Below are positions 12,570 through 24,802 of a stretch of 64,000 bases of DNA, one piece after another. Location of the stretch: contig NC_087259.1 in NCBI RefSeq assembly GCF_037042905.1, forward strand, positions 28,210,001 to 28,274,000, read 5' to 3'. The notes under the pieces are model-generated. The model made no database searches. It was given only the letters and a program-made list of their open reading frames with translations, and had not been told where the DNA came from. The stretch's first letter is position 1. Each line of letters starts with the position of its first letter. This DNA comes from Lytechinus pictus (lineage: Eukaryota). Position numbers and translations under genes: made by a program.

Positions 12570-15500
12570 ATGGGCAGAAACAATGCATCCAAATCTAAGA
12601 AAAAGGATAAGACGAAGGTAAAGCTCTCTGATGAAAAGCCCCAAGACTCGGACTCGGAGACAAAGAAAATAACTTCACATCTACCAAAGAAAGGCAAGTC
12701 TACTACCAGGAGCAGCAGAAATGGGGGGGGGGGGGGGGGGTAAGCTGGGTGGGCTTCAGCCCCCACTTTTTCTTCAAAACCGTTCCGTGGCCCTGACTAT
12801 AGTAGCTTATCACTGAGATGATGTTCTCTGTAATAAAAAAAATGACTCGATCTGTCTTTCAACGCCATGGAAAATTTAAATATTATCCTCATTTAGTTAT
12901 TGTGATTTAATGGAGAACTCTTTAAGTGTGAAAATAATAATAATAATGAGTGTGTCATCATTTGGTCACAATAAATGAATGTTATATTTTTGCGAATAAG
13001 CGCACATAACTTTTTTTCTTAACATGTGGTTTCGATTATATTTCCAGTGTTATGCTTGTTATATTTTTCTCTGCAAATTAAAAAGGATGGGTTGGACTTC
13101 ACTTGACCTAGGGAGAGGAAAATCTATTTTGAAATGAAAAGAAGTAGATCTAAGAATTTAAGTCTTAATCATTTATCAAACATAGAGACGAGAGAGATAT
13201 ACCACCAAACATTTAAGTTTATTGGAGCTTTGACTATTTGCTCTCCAGAAAAAAAGAAAACTTTTGAGATTCTACCTGATGATGATTTTAGCTTATAGTC
13301 GGACTCTCAAATATTCATGTCATAGTCTGTTTGTCTCTTCTATCCTTTCTCTTCAGTTTTTACAGTTTCAGTTGTATCTGGGCTTCTACTAGTTCTAGCT
13401 TCCTGTTTTTCATTTTTAGCCTGATTGAGTAATTATTTTGCAAATTCCTTTTCATAATTGTATTGCATTTCATGTTCATTTATATTCCTTCAATGTTTAA
13501 ATATTTTCCAATTTATACGTCTTTAGTGTTTATCAATATTGTTATTGTATGTACTGCCAATGGAGGACAAATTTCTATGTTTAATATGGACCAATAAATG
13601 AATCAGAATCTTGCTGACATTGATCTTTTGTAGGTGATGGAGATGCTGCTTCCTTAAAAGAGGAGCAGAAACAGAAGTTGAGCAGGACAAAGAAGTCTCA
13701 GAAAAACAAAGCTACATGTAGTGATAGTGTAAACGAAACAGAGGCTTCCAAGACGTATAGCAAGGAAAATGTTCCAAGGTTTGGCATGATGTTTTCTTAC
13801 AATCTTTATGCAAATCAGAGTTTTGTCAATATGCAATTTTTCATGCATGCCTAGAGCAAACTTTTTTCATTTTGAACAGACTCATATTTTCTAGTGTTGT
13901 GTGAATAGCATGGTCAAGAGAGATTCTTTCTTTGATAAAATTATTGAAAAATATTCATTAAAAAAAATATTATTTGACATTACATGTATGTGATTCTCAT
14001 ATAAGGACCATGATACGTAAAAATTCTGGTTAAGGTAATTGTAACCACAAATACCTCATTACTGTCCATGTTTCCAAGGAGTTTGCAATACGCAGCAAAA
14101 CATTGTTATATGTTTGCAGTTGAGCCCCGACCTCGCCTGGCTGGGTTTGAATATTATTTCTGTGACATTATTATATAAATTGGATTTTACCCCCCAAAAA
14201 AAACATGAATCAAGGTAGTGGATGATGATATGCTGAAAAAGGCTGGACATATTTGATGAATTACTGATTAAACTTGATCAACTTTATTAACATTTCTTTT
14301 AACATCTTTTGCTTCAGCAATTTACTTGATAATCTATAATTTTATATTCATATTCCTCACCAGCCCGAAAAAGAACACAAGGAAAAGGGAATCTCCGAGG
14401 TTTTTACCAAGTCCACTGGCTAAGATAGTTCCTATATTTGGGAAGAAAAGGCATGCTGTGCAAGCAAGCCTTAGTCAGGAAGATGAAAGACAGGAGAGTC
14501 CTGCAAACACAAGTGATTCACAGACTGGAGCAGAGGGTGGGATAGAATCTATATCTTTGGTTGTTACTGTCAAGGAAAAGGGGGAGATTGTTTCAAAGAT
14601 CTGTTCGAGATCAGATGAAGAGCTTAGAGAAAGTCAACGTCTCGTGACAGATACCAAAGTTGATTTTCACATCGTGAGCCATGAAACATCTGGTGAAAGT
14701 GAGAAGGATGTTTCAAAGGGGTCAGCTGATGAGCCAAAATCTGTGCCTTTTATAGACGAGATTCAATCAATATCTGATGCCTTGATAGATGAAAATAAGG
14801 ACCATGATAATGAAGAGGACCATGATAAAGAATCTGAAATAGATGATTATGTGATCCAAGATGAAGCTAACTTTGAGAGAGATGCTGAGGAAGAGAATGT
14901 AAAGGATCCTTTAAAGGTGATTAACAAAGAAGAAGTGATAGTTGCAGTGTGTCAGGCTGCTTCAGAAGAGATCAGAGTAGTTGGTCAGTCAGGGTCCAAT
15001 GAAGATTACCGTGAACACAATGCCTATGATGACAGTCAAGAATCAGATGGTAGAGGAATGTTGAGAGACGTAGCAGAGGATGGCTACCCAGTCAAAGCCA
15101 AGAAAGCTGGCACAGAACATGGACCCATTATTTCAGATGATGTGAAATGTTCCAGCATAGATGAAATAAAGATTCATTCAGACTCGGTAAATATTGATGG
15201 TAACCAAGATGTGGATAAAGAACAAAAGTGGATAAATTCACCTGGTAACACGGTATTTGTGGATATTTGTACAGTTACTGGGGCAAATGTGCCTGTTTGC
15301 ATAGATAATGAGGTCTCTAAATACAGTCCTGTTAAGGACCCTAAATGTGAGGTTAATGATTCAGTCAAAGGACAACAAGTTTCAAGTGATAGAAAAGATG
15401 GGGAACATGTGAACATAGAGGGCAAGGAAGATGTTCATGATCACATGCCAGAAGGAAAAGACATTAGTCGGGCAAAACCTGACATTAGAGCAATGTCAGA

Positions 15501-18500
15501 TGGTAACTCTAGATCTTGTTCAGGTATTACTTCAAATCCTCAACATAACTCTACCCACAGTGAAATGCCTCAAGAATTGCGTACAAGAGCTGATGTAATG
15601 GAAGTGGGAGTAGAAAGAGTAGGCAATGTGAACATTGTAGAGATATCTGGAGAAGGAACTGGTGACCTGCTAATGTACAATCCTAATTCCAACCTACAGT
15701 GTACATCTACTGAAGATATGAATGCACCAAGATGGGATAGTACACCGGTCTCTTCAAATAATCATCAGTCTTGCAATGATAGACTTCCACAAGCAAATGG
15801 CAATATTGATGGTGAAATCGATGGGTGCTCAGATCCACTGTGTGGGTCTACCCAGCTATTTGAAGTTCCTCTTGAAACCCATCCATCCAGTTCTCAAGGT
15901 GACAATGTAATGAAGATCTGTGGTAGTGATGATGAAGAGAAACCAAAAGAATCTGACAACTTTTCAGGATTGCAAGGGAAAGGAGATAAAAAAGGGAAAC
16001 TTAATGAAGACTATGGAACAGATGATAGGACAACTATCCCATCATTCAACTTAGATGTACCACAGTTATCGTGCAAGAAGATCACAGGTATGAGCACATG
16101 GTTAACTTGATCCCTCCCCCACTATAACGGTCTTGGATTTGATACTGAATTTTGATTAGTATAAATTATAATCTATTCTTGTGTCTTTACCATATTCTTT
16201 ACTTGAAATCATAGCTTTTCCAATTTATCAAGTATTTTTTCTGTGATTGTTGGGTTCCCGTCTTTTGATCTAAGAAGTGCTGCAGTTAGGTGACAAATTG
16301 TACCTCATAAATCATTTCTACATGGATGCTGCTACATGCCTATTACCATCTTTATCATTTCAATCTTACAAAAGATCAGTGACTTTTCAGGATTATGTTT
16401 TTTTTATACCAATAACCTTTTGGTCATGTATAGATATTTTACAAATTAAGAAGTAAAATGTTGCATATCTTTGAATTTGGTTACAAGTTCTTTTGATGTA
16501 AAAGATATTATTTGCCCATGCAAACAGAGATTAAGAGGTTATGATATCAACTAACATTAATATTGTTAACAATTCTTCTATCGCATTGGCATCTATATAA
16601 ATGACAGACACATTTACAGGAAATTCTGTTTTTTTTGTTGCTTCCTTGTCTCAAAGTAGGGCAGAATTTTCTGGAACAAGACCCTCTAGATGATGACATG
16701 ATAGACTTGACTGATTCTCAGATGATAGAGCTTGACCAACAGTGCAGTATGGTCAACCCATTGACCAAACCATTGACAGGTTGTGCAGCTACCCCAAAGA
16801 TGGGGACTGAAAAACTTCAAAGCAAGGTTGAGGACAAGGTTAGTTACTAAGTAATGGTTAGGTTGAGAAAGCCAATGAGCTGTTGAAGCTCCTTGAGTTA
16901 TACATTAGGTGCAATTAATGAAAATTATTATTGGCCGTGTGGCTTCAATGATATTGGACTGTATTAAGCTAAAAGGAAATTCTATCTTAACATGCACGGA
17001 AAACCTAGATATGATTCTGTTCTGAGGACAGGGGGGGGGGGGTTGTCCTACATGTGTAAAGGTTTCAAAATTATGAGTGGATTTGATCATATAAAAGGTT
17101 ACTATTTGAAAATACCATATCACATAGCAATGAACCAGGTATATACTTTGTTTAAAAAAAATTGTCACTATTACATACAAGTATTTAAACAGTAAAAACC
17201 AAGGATGTATTTCATTCTTAATATCAAATACCCTTTCCTTTCACAGGTTTATGTCAGTGTAGGTGTGCAGACACTAAATACCTGTACTGAGAAGTCAGAG
17301 TCTACCACTGTAGTACAGTCAATGATCAGAGATCTCCGACAACTTAAGTAAGAAAAAAAACGTGTTTTGTTTCATGAAAAGTTTTGGAAATAATCTTTCA
17401 AAAATTTCAATGATTTTAATTGGGTGAGAAGCACAGGCAATTGCCTGTTACTATGGTAACTCTCGGAGAAAACATCTGACAAATTATTTCATGAAACGCT
17501 ACCCTGAAGTCTTATCTTTTCTAACAGTATTAGTTATTGGCACTTTGACACTCGTTCTTTCTTTTTCTTGTGCGCCTCGGAATAGAATATTTCAAGATAG
17601 ATGGCGCCATATAAATGCCTATAGATTATTATTTCATCAGTTTGCAAATGTTGACAAAATGGGCCATCGGTATCATTCAGGTTCCTGTTTGATAAAATGT
17701 TAAAAAGACATTGTGAAATTCCAAGTTCTATAAATCCAGAATTTTTTTAGATGGTTGCAAATTGGCAATAGAATTTCAAGATGCTTTTTCAATGAAAAAA
17801 TTCTATAAAATATGGCCCTCTACAAATGTTCATTTCTCACATGTAACACCATTTATTTCAAAATTCAGTATTTCATCGTTTGGCGACTACTAATCACTTG
17901 TGATCAATCGTAAATTTAAAATACAACGATTTTGATTGCTTGAGAGTGGGCATATCCAACACTAACTACAAGCAAGTGTTCTTGACTACATGCCCATTAC
18001 CATTTTCCAATTGACTTCAATTTATTTTACTCGGCCTAGATCAAGCCTAGTCAAATTCTTTACATTTTTTCAGAAGGGGTGGGGAATGAGATGATCCTAA
18101 AGGGGGGTATCGCTGCCCATGCCTCAATTCTGGGCTGATTTCATTGCTTACTCCTTCCTTTTTTGTTGCTTGTCCATACCCACTCAAATAGATTAAAATC
18201 GTCTTCTGATTTTTTTTCCTCCACAGATTGGTTCAATCTATTGCTAATATTTGGTTACTAACGATGTTAAGAATGTTGATAATATGCAAACAACCATGAA
18301 GAAGTTTGTTCAGCCTTTGGTGCTCTTAATTTTTTTGTCCCCTTACTATTTCATAACTAAATGAGCTGTAATACCTTTACATAAAAACATGAATAGTTCA
18401 CTTTTGCTCCAAAATATATTGCAGCGCTACTGTGTTAGACCTCAAGAGACAGATGGATGGTTTCCGTAGACAGAGATCCCAATGTTCATCATCATCAAGC

Positions 18501-18563
18501 TATTCACAACAACACTGGAATGAGTATGGTAGAACAAGAGGAAAGCCATTTTATCAACAGTAG
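12570..18563 (+). CDS. BRME1: BRME1/C19orf57/MEIOK21-like protein (break repair meiotic recombinase recruitment factor), about 804 aa, mostly acidic and disordered
   Basis: Phase-consistent exons 12570-12693 (GC donor), 13634-13778, 14364-16087, 16657-16838, 17247-17347 and 18425-18563 sum to 2415 nt. Motifs SPLAKIVPIFGKKR (N-terminal), IDLTDSQMIELD, and C-terminal ESTTVVQSMIRDLRQLNATVLDLKRQMDGFRR parallel recalled BRME1 motifs (GRFVPQFAKSRK, LDFLPDSQIQDAL, DATDxVxGLIxELSNLNRLIMSTHRDLEAFKR) in the same order. Gene existence is well supported; orthology is inferred. Confidence 0.68.
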
Positions 18564-18637
18564 CAGGCAGAAGCAAAGTGAAACGGTGTGCAGGAGGACT
18601 GATTGGTTGAGAGTTTTGGAGATACTAGGGAAATTAG

Positions 18638-18917
18638 CATTTACTCCAGGGAAACTGTACAATCGATTGCCTTTAAAATGCAATTTAAATCACAGAGGAC
18701 AGCAGAGGCCTTTGTCGAAAGTTGGACTGGGACAGCAGATCATCCAAAGATTTGGACCGGACGTACAATTGCAATTATGTCGTTGTCCAGAGTCAAGAGA
18801 TTCCGATGCTCTCCCGGTCCACCAACTTTCGACAAAAGACTCCCAGCTCTCCATTGTGATTAGACTTGCATTTTCAAAGAAATTGGTGCATTGCCGATTT
18901 TCCCCCATAGTAAATGC
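18638..18917. repeat. Imperfect 280-bp palindrome (decayed MITE) just after the BRME1-like stop codon
   Basis: GCATTTACT...AAAATGCAA...CTTTGTCGAAAGTTGGACTGGGACAGC mirrors GCTCTCCCGGTCCACCAACTTTCGACAAAAG...TTGCATTTT...AGTAAATGC around a central AATTGCAATT. Confidence 0.75.
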
Positions 18918-20844
18918 AAAAAGGATTTTTTTTTTTTGGGGGGGGGGCACAAAAAAAAAATCAATTAAAAAAAAAATGGTTATTACCATACACAGAGTGT
19001 TTTGGGGCAAATGTTTGGACATGCAATTTGTTTGTTTTTTCCCCTAAAAACTTGGGGAACATGACCCAATTGCACCCCCCCCCCCCTGGTCTGAACCAAA
19101 TTTGGATTGACTTTTGATTATTGTTACCTTTTATTTACACTTGGATGGCAAAGTTGCCATAATGGTAACTTTTATGCTCCATACCAAGATTATTGCAAAG
19201 TGTGTTAGTTACCGTAACCCTAATATTCCGGGGGGGGGGGGGGGTGGCATAATGGCTCCTTCCCGGTAATAACAAGCTTTGAAATACCTTGGGATCAAGT
19301 ATAAGGGTGAAGTCTTCTAAAGCCCAGCACACACCCTACGATCAGTTAATGATCAACATTTGATATAAAATTCTAACCTGCATGTATTAATTCTTGATGA
19401 TCAAAGTTCCGAAAGTAGTGTGAATACTAAAATAAAATTCTAGTCTATTCCAAGCCTCCCTGTAGGAGTAAAGTGAATTTAATTCCATATCATAGTGATG
19501 TCATAGCAATTTCACCATTTTCTATGATTTGAAGCTTATTTGACCTACCATATGGTAAGGCTTGCAATTAAGCAGAATTTTTATGTTAGCATTGATAGTA
19601 TAACAAATAAGATATTTTGATTGAACTTTAATGCTTAAATTGATATTTATTGCAAAATGTGATTTGTTAAATAAATTGGGTTGCAGTTGGATTGTAGTGT
19701 GCGATGGGCTTAAGTCAAATTTCCCCTATGTAGTCCCAAGAAAATCGGCATAAGCAGGCTAACCTCTATTTGGCTTAACCTTATAGTGTAGTCCCACAAA
19801 CTACTGTGACATCATGGCTTTCATGCGAGCTTTGAGTCGACATTTCACTCAGGCAAGAAAGTGAACAAATTCTACTTCATAAAGAATTTACATATCTAGT
19901 TTTGAATACTTCTCCAGCCAAAAGAAAAAGAAATTTTAAAACAGCTTGATGTTGTACAAGTACTCAGCATTTAGTATTTGGTGCATTAAAAAAAAAACTG
20001 ACATGCTGATATGTAAAAAATGCAACCGTTAATATACACAAATGTTTCAGTATTTTTTTCACTGTGTGCACAAATGTTCAAGTTCAATTTCATGTCTAAC
20101 ATGTCTTTTATTCACATTCCAATAAGTGTGTAAAGTATTAAATGTATTTGGTAAATAGTTATTTCATGTTGGAGAGTTTCTTCTTTACTAAGGATTGTTA
20201 AAGTAATTTTCTTTAACAATGTGAAAGTAATATTTCATAATACAATACCAGTACAGACTATTCTCAAGCAAAACTTTCGATACACACTGCTTTTTATTCT
20301 GTCAATGTCAACAGTTGTTTTGTTGTGTTTTGCTTTTGAAAAAAAAAAAAAGAAATATGAAACTTGATTCTATTCTTCATTATACGGCATTGATCAATGC
20401 TCTTTTAAATAAAGCAAATTATATAAATGAAGTGAATTTTATCATCTATGTACTTTATTTACTTTTCATGAAATAAAATGCCATTCTATTGTTACAGTTG
20501 ATACAATGCAGAAAGTTTCATAATGTTTTGTGTACAAATTGTTTTCAAATACTGAATCTTTGATAACCCTGAACAGTATTCTCCCTTTAAAAAAATTAAC
20601 AAAACACATAACAGGAAGTACATTTAAAGAAATATTCCATGCTAAAAATGTTTAAAATATCAAAATTTGATGAAAAATATCACCCCCAAAAAGAGAAATA
20701 TACAATATACATCAATAAAAATGTTGAGTATGATTAAGGAAAATATTTTCATTGCATGCTTTCAATTATTTTTTCCTTATATTTTATGGGAGATCACAAA
20801 TTCACAATACAAATTGTTCTCCCTTTAAAACAGAAAATGATCAA

Positions 20845-20901
20845 AAATTATCATCCACTTCCCAAATTATCATCCACTTCCCAAATTATCATCCACTTCC
20901 C
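20845..20901 (+). repeat. Perfect 19-bp tandem triplication
   Basis: (AAATTATCATCCACTTCCC)x3. Confidence 0.9.
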
Positions 20902-21781
20902 ATTCTGTAAAACAAAATCATGATCATTATCAAACGTTACATACTTGAACAGTGTATTAAAGAACATGTTCTATTACTACAGTAACAGAGCATGAATGAT
21001 TCTAATGGGACCAAATAAATGCATGTTGTGAATAGGGCTTGTGAAGTACCATTTAAAATCACTCCATTTACCTGTTAATTATTATATTTCACAATTTAAA
21101 ACATGAATTGTTATAATTTATTAAGTAGACTTTCTATTCCGACAATACTTTATTCATTTACTTTCCTTCTAACCAAAAGTAACCATGTAACAGGTAAATG
21201 GAGTATTTGTAATGGATACCTCACCCCCCCCCCCATTTTGAAAGTGAAGAACATTTTTTTTTTGCTTGTCAAATTATTCCTCGGGGGAAAATGTGCACCC
21301 CCCCCCCCTTTGGAAAATCCTGGATCCGCCCCTATGCTGATTTGTATGCTTTATTGCAAAAATCAGCCTTCAGATCAAAGTGTGAAGCTTCGTGATATCT
21401 CCAAATGGGTGACAGTTAGTTAGTGCATAGGTGATGATAAACATACCAGGGAAAGGGGAAGTGTTTGATACAGCTTTTTAAAAAATCATTGTGTCTTCAA
21501 TGATGGGAATAGGTGAACAAATTACTTTCATGAATTATTTTTTACTTCAAATGCATTGTCAATTCAAGTTTGAATAATCAAATGTTGATTACCATTCATA
21601 CCAATCAAATATACATATTTCAAAACAATTAGAATCAAACTACAAAAATAATTTGTTATGGCTAATTAGCAAAAGGCAATATTTTGGCTCAAAATTTTGG
21701 AGCCTCAGATTCCAGTTGTAAAATTACCAGTACACAAGGATGTACTTTCCAACAACAGCCTGTTGCACAAGAGTTGTTTAA

Positions 21782-23379
21782 AGGTCAAGTCCGCCCCAAT
21801 AAAATATTGATTTAAAGAGAAAAATCCAACAAGCATAACACATTATTTCATCAAAATTGGATATAAAATGATAAAGTTATTACATTTCAAAGTTTCGCTT
21901 AATTTCACAAAACAGTTATAAGCAAATCCTGGTCGGTATGCAAATGAGGAGACTGATGATGTCATCCACTCACTATTTCTCTTGTATTCTATTATATGAA
22001 ATATAAAATATTGTAATTTTCTCCTCGTTGTCAAGTGAAACAACAATTAATTCCTCCAGAACATATGGCATTGGTTCAGTCAAGTTAAGTTCGTCCTTAT
22101 TGTCAAATCTGTAAAAAATGAAATATTGTATGATTCAAACAATAAAAAACAAAAGTAATAGTGAGTGAAGGACATCATCATCTGTTTCATTTGCATGTCA
22201 CTGAGTTATGCATATCACTATTTTAAAATGTCATAACTTTCTTATTTTACATCAGATTTTGATGAAATTTTCAGCGTTATGTTAGTTTTTATGCCCCCGC
22301 AGACGAAGTCTGGAGGGGGTAGGTAGATGACACCAGAATACAGGCTAAGTTCAGAGTCCGCAGGTCAAAGCTCATTAAATACGCGAGTTGGTTTCCGCGC
22401 AATAACTCAACAAATATTTAATGGATTTAAAAAATTTTGGTGTGTAGGTAGATGATACCAAAATACAGGCTAACTTCGAATTCGGAGTCCGCAGGTCTAA
22501 GGTCAAAGGTCCCAGCTCATTAAGTATGCGAGTTGGTTTCTGCGCAATAACTCAAAAAATATTAAATGGATTAAAAAAAAATGTGTGTGTAGGTAGAAGA
22601 CACCAAAATACAGGCTAAGTTCGGAGTCCGCAGGTCAAAGGACACAGCTCATTAAATATGCGAGTTGGTTTCCACATGATAACTTATGAAATATTTAATG
22701 GATTTAAAAAAATTTTGGTGTGTAGGTAGATGATACCAAAATACAGGCTAAATTTGAATTCGGAGTCCGCAGGTCAAAGGCTCAGTAAATATGCGAGTTG
22801 GTTTCCGCATAACTTATGAAATATTTAATGGATTTAAAAATTTTTTGGTGTGTAGGTAGATGACACCAAAATACAGGCTAAGTTCGAATTCCGCAGGTCT
22901 AAGGTCAAAGGTCCCAGCTCATTAAATATGCAAGTTGGTTTATGCACAATAACTCAACAAATATTTAATGGATTAAAAAAAAATTTGGTGTGTAGGTAGA
23001 TGACACCAAAATACAGGCTAAGTTCAAATTCGGAGTCCGCAGGTCAAAGCTCATTAAATATGTGAGTTGGTTTCCACATAACTTATGAAATATTTAATGG
23101 ATTTAAAAATATTTTGGTGTGTAGGTAGATGACACCAAAATACAGGCTAAGTTCGAATTCGGAGTCCGCAGGTCAAAGCTCATTATGTATGCGAGTTGGT
23201 TCAAATGTCTCAATTTGTTCATTATATCCATATTGGTTTCTGCACGATATTAAGTTCAATCATATTGAATGAATTTCTGATCGTGTTAAGCGGGGGCATC
23301 TGTGTCCTTTGGACAAGTCAAATTTCTACTTTTTTGTTTTTTTATTAAAATCAACATTTTTCTGGGGCGAACGTGACCT
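21782..23379. mobile_element. Kolobok-like MITE hosting a nested Helentron-like element
   Basis: TTAA|AGGTCAAGTCCGCCCCA ... TGGGGCGAACGTGACCT|TTAA: TTAA target duplication, AG..CT termini, long imperfect subterminal inverted repeats. Confidence 0.75.
22286..23330 (+). mobile_element. Helentron-associated non-autonomous element (HINE/DINE-like) with about 7 tandem units of 120-145 bp
   Basis: Inserted in a T-run with no TSD. Subterminal inverted repeat ATGCCCCCGC (22291) / GCGGGGGCAT (23290), 5' hairpin CAGACgaaGTCTG, 3' hairpin TGTCCtttGGACA. Internal unit GGTGTGTAGGTAGATGACACCAAAATACAGGCTAAGTTCGAATTCGGAGTCCGCAGGTCAAAG... Confidence 0.75.
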
Positions 23380-24294
23380 TTAAATGCATCATACATGAGT
23401 CCCCAAGGTACACCTCAATTGGTAGAAAACTTGAATTTCATATTTGAACTGTGTTCCATTGAACCTCGTCGCATTTCTCTGATAAAGATGGTCACTACTC
23501 TTACTAGTACACTGATTGTAGGAAGCCATAGCATTCACAAAGATGGTGTTTAGATGAGATTATAAGCATGATCTTACGATATTCATTTAAAAACGACAAT
23601 CTCTTCGGCAAAATTCAGAATATTCTAAGATTCTTTAATGATGCAATAAATCCATCCTTTAAATGCCTCAATTCAGAAATGAGAGCCTTACTGGCTGGTG
23701 TTTCATAAAGCTGTGTGTAAGTTACACATGACGTAATGTGTGACTAGTTACATGTACCTGTTCTTGGTGCTAGGTTCGATCTGCAATCATTTTGATTTCC
23801 ATCAGCTTGAGTTGAAATCCAATTTATTCAATAAAAATTCTTCTTGACAAACATCTGAAAGCAAAGTTTATTATTTGTCAAAAATTGGATTATAGTATAC
23901 ATGAAAATCACTCCCATTACGGTAAAAAAATATAAGCGGGTACATGGATCTAGTTTGCAGGGGTCTGAAAGTTCAGCTTTTTAGCTGTTTTTAGATATTT
24001 TCGCAACTTATTTTCATCTTTTTGTGTACTTTGTAGTAAAGGATTGAAACATGCAATTTCAGCTACTTTCACTTGTGGTCATTCACACACCAGAGTTAAA
24101 CACATGAACAGGTCACTAGGCAGGCATATAAAGTCGTGCTAACATAAAAACATCCTCTGGCCTTAAATAAAGTCTTATCAAAAGACAGCTAGCATCAAGA
24201 ATGAATTTCTATCATCTGCAGCAGTATCCTTGAGGAAGCAGGCATATAAAGTCATGCTAACATTACAAATTAAAACAATCATTTTTGTGAGTAC

Positions 24295-24465
24295 CCCTTT
24301 GGCTTGGAACCATCTCCCACCTGACGTTGTGAACAGCACATCACTAGAGGTGTTCAAGTCGAAGATCGTAAAGAGCAACCTACGATGCTATTGGATATCA
24401 CCGCGCCCTCTCTCACCCGCTGCATTCATACCAATTGGTCCAGCAGTGTATACATCCAGATCCAG
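24295..24465 (+). mobile_element. 3'-terminal fragment of a non-LTR retrotransposon (CR1/L2-group-like)
   Basis: Encodes WNHLPPDVVNSTSLEVFKSKI, a typical ORF2 C-terminus, then a short UTR ending in TCCAGATCCAGA. Confidence 0.65.
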
Positions 24466-24802
24466 AGGAGGCACTTTTATAGCCACCAACACAGGCATGC
24501 CAAGTTTCATGAATTATGTGTGAGTCTCCTGCATTTATCTTGCTCATCCCCTCAAATCTCATTCCTATGTAATTATCACAAGTATCACAGCCTATCCATC
24601 ATATACATGATACACAATGCCTGAGATCTCATGCAGAGTCATGGAAAATCTCAAGCATAGCTGGGTCTTTGAACTTGGCATCTCTGCCAACAGCATTCTC
24701 CTAGAGCAATGATTGGGCCAACCTCCAGTCGAACAGTCGTTCCTTTTCTTCATCCTTAATAATTATCCTCTGTGAGTAGCCATAATCAGTTCTGAGCATT
24801 GT

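Noticed and set aside
14326-16110. 594-aa ORF as a stand-alone gene
   Set aside because: Its start lies in a polypyrimidine tract. It is the large internal exon (14364-16087) of the BRME1-like gene.
18457-19047. 196-aa ORF and overlapping ORFs
   Set aside because: Out of frame with the true last exon and running through a palindromic repeat and homopolymer tracts.
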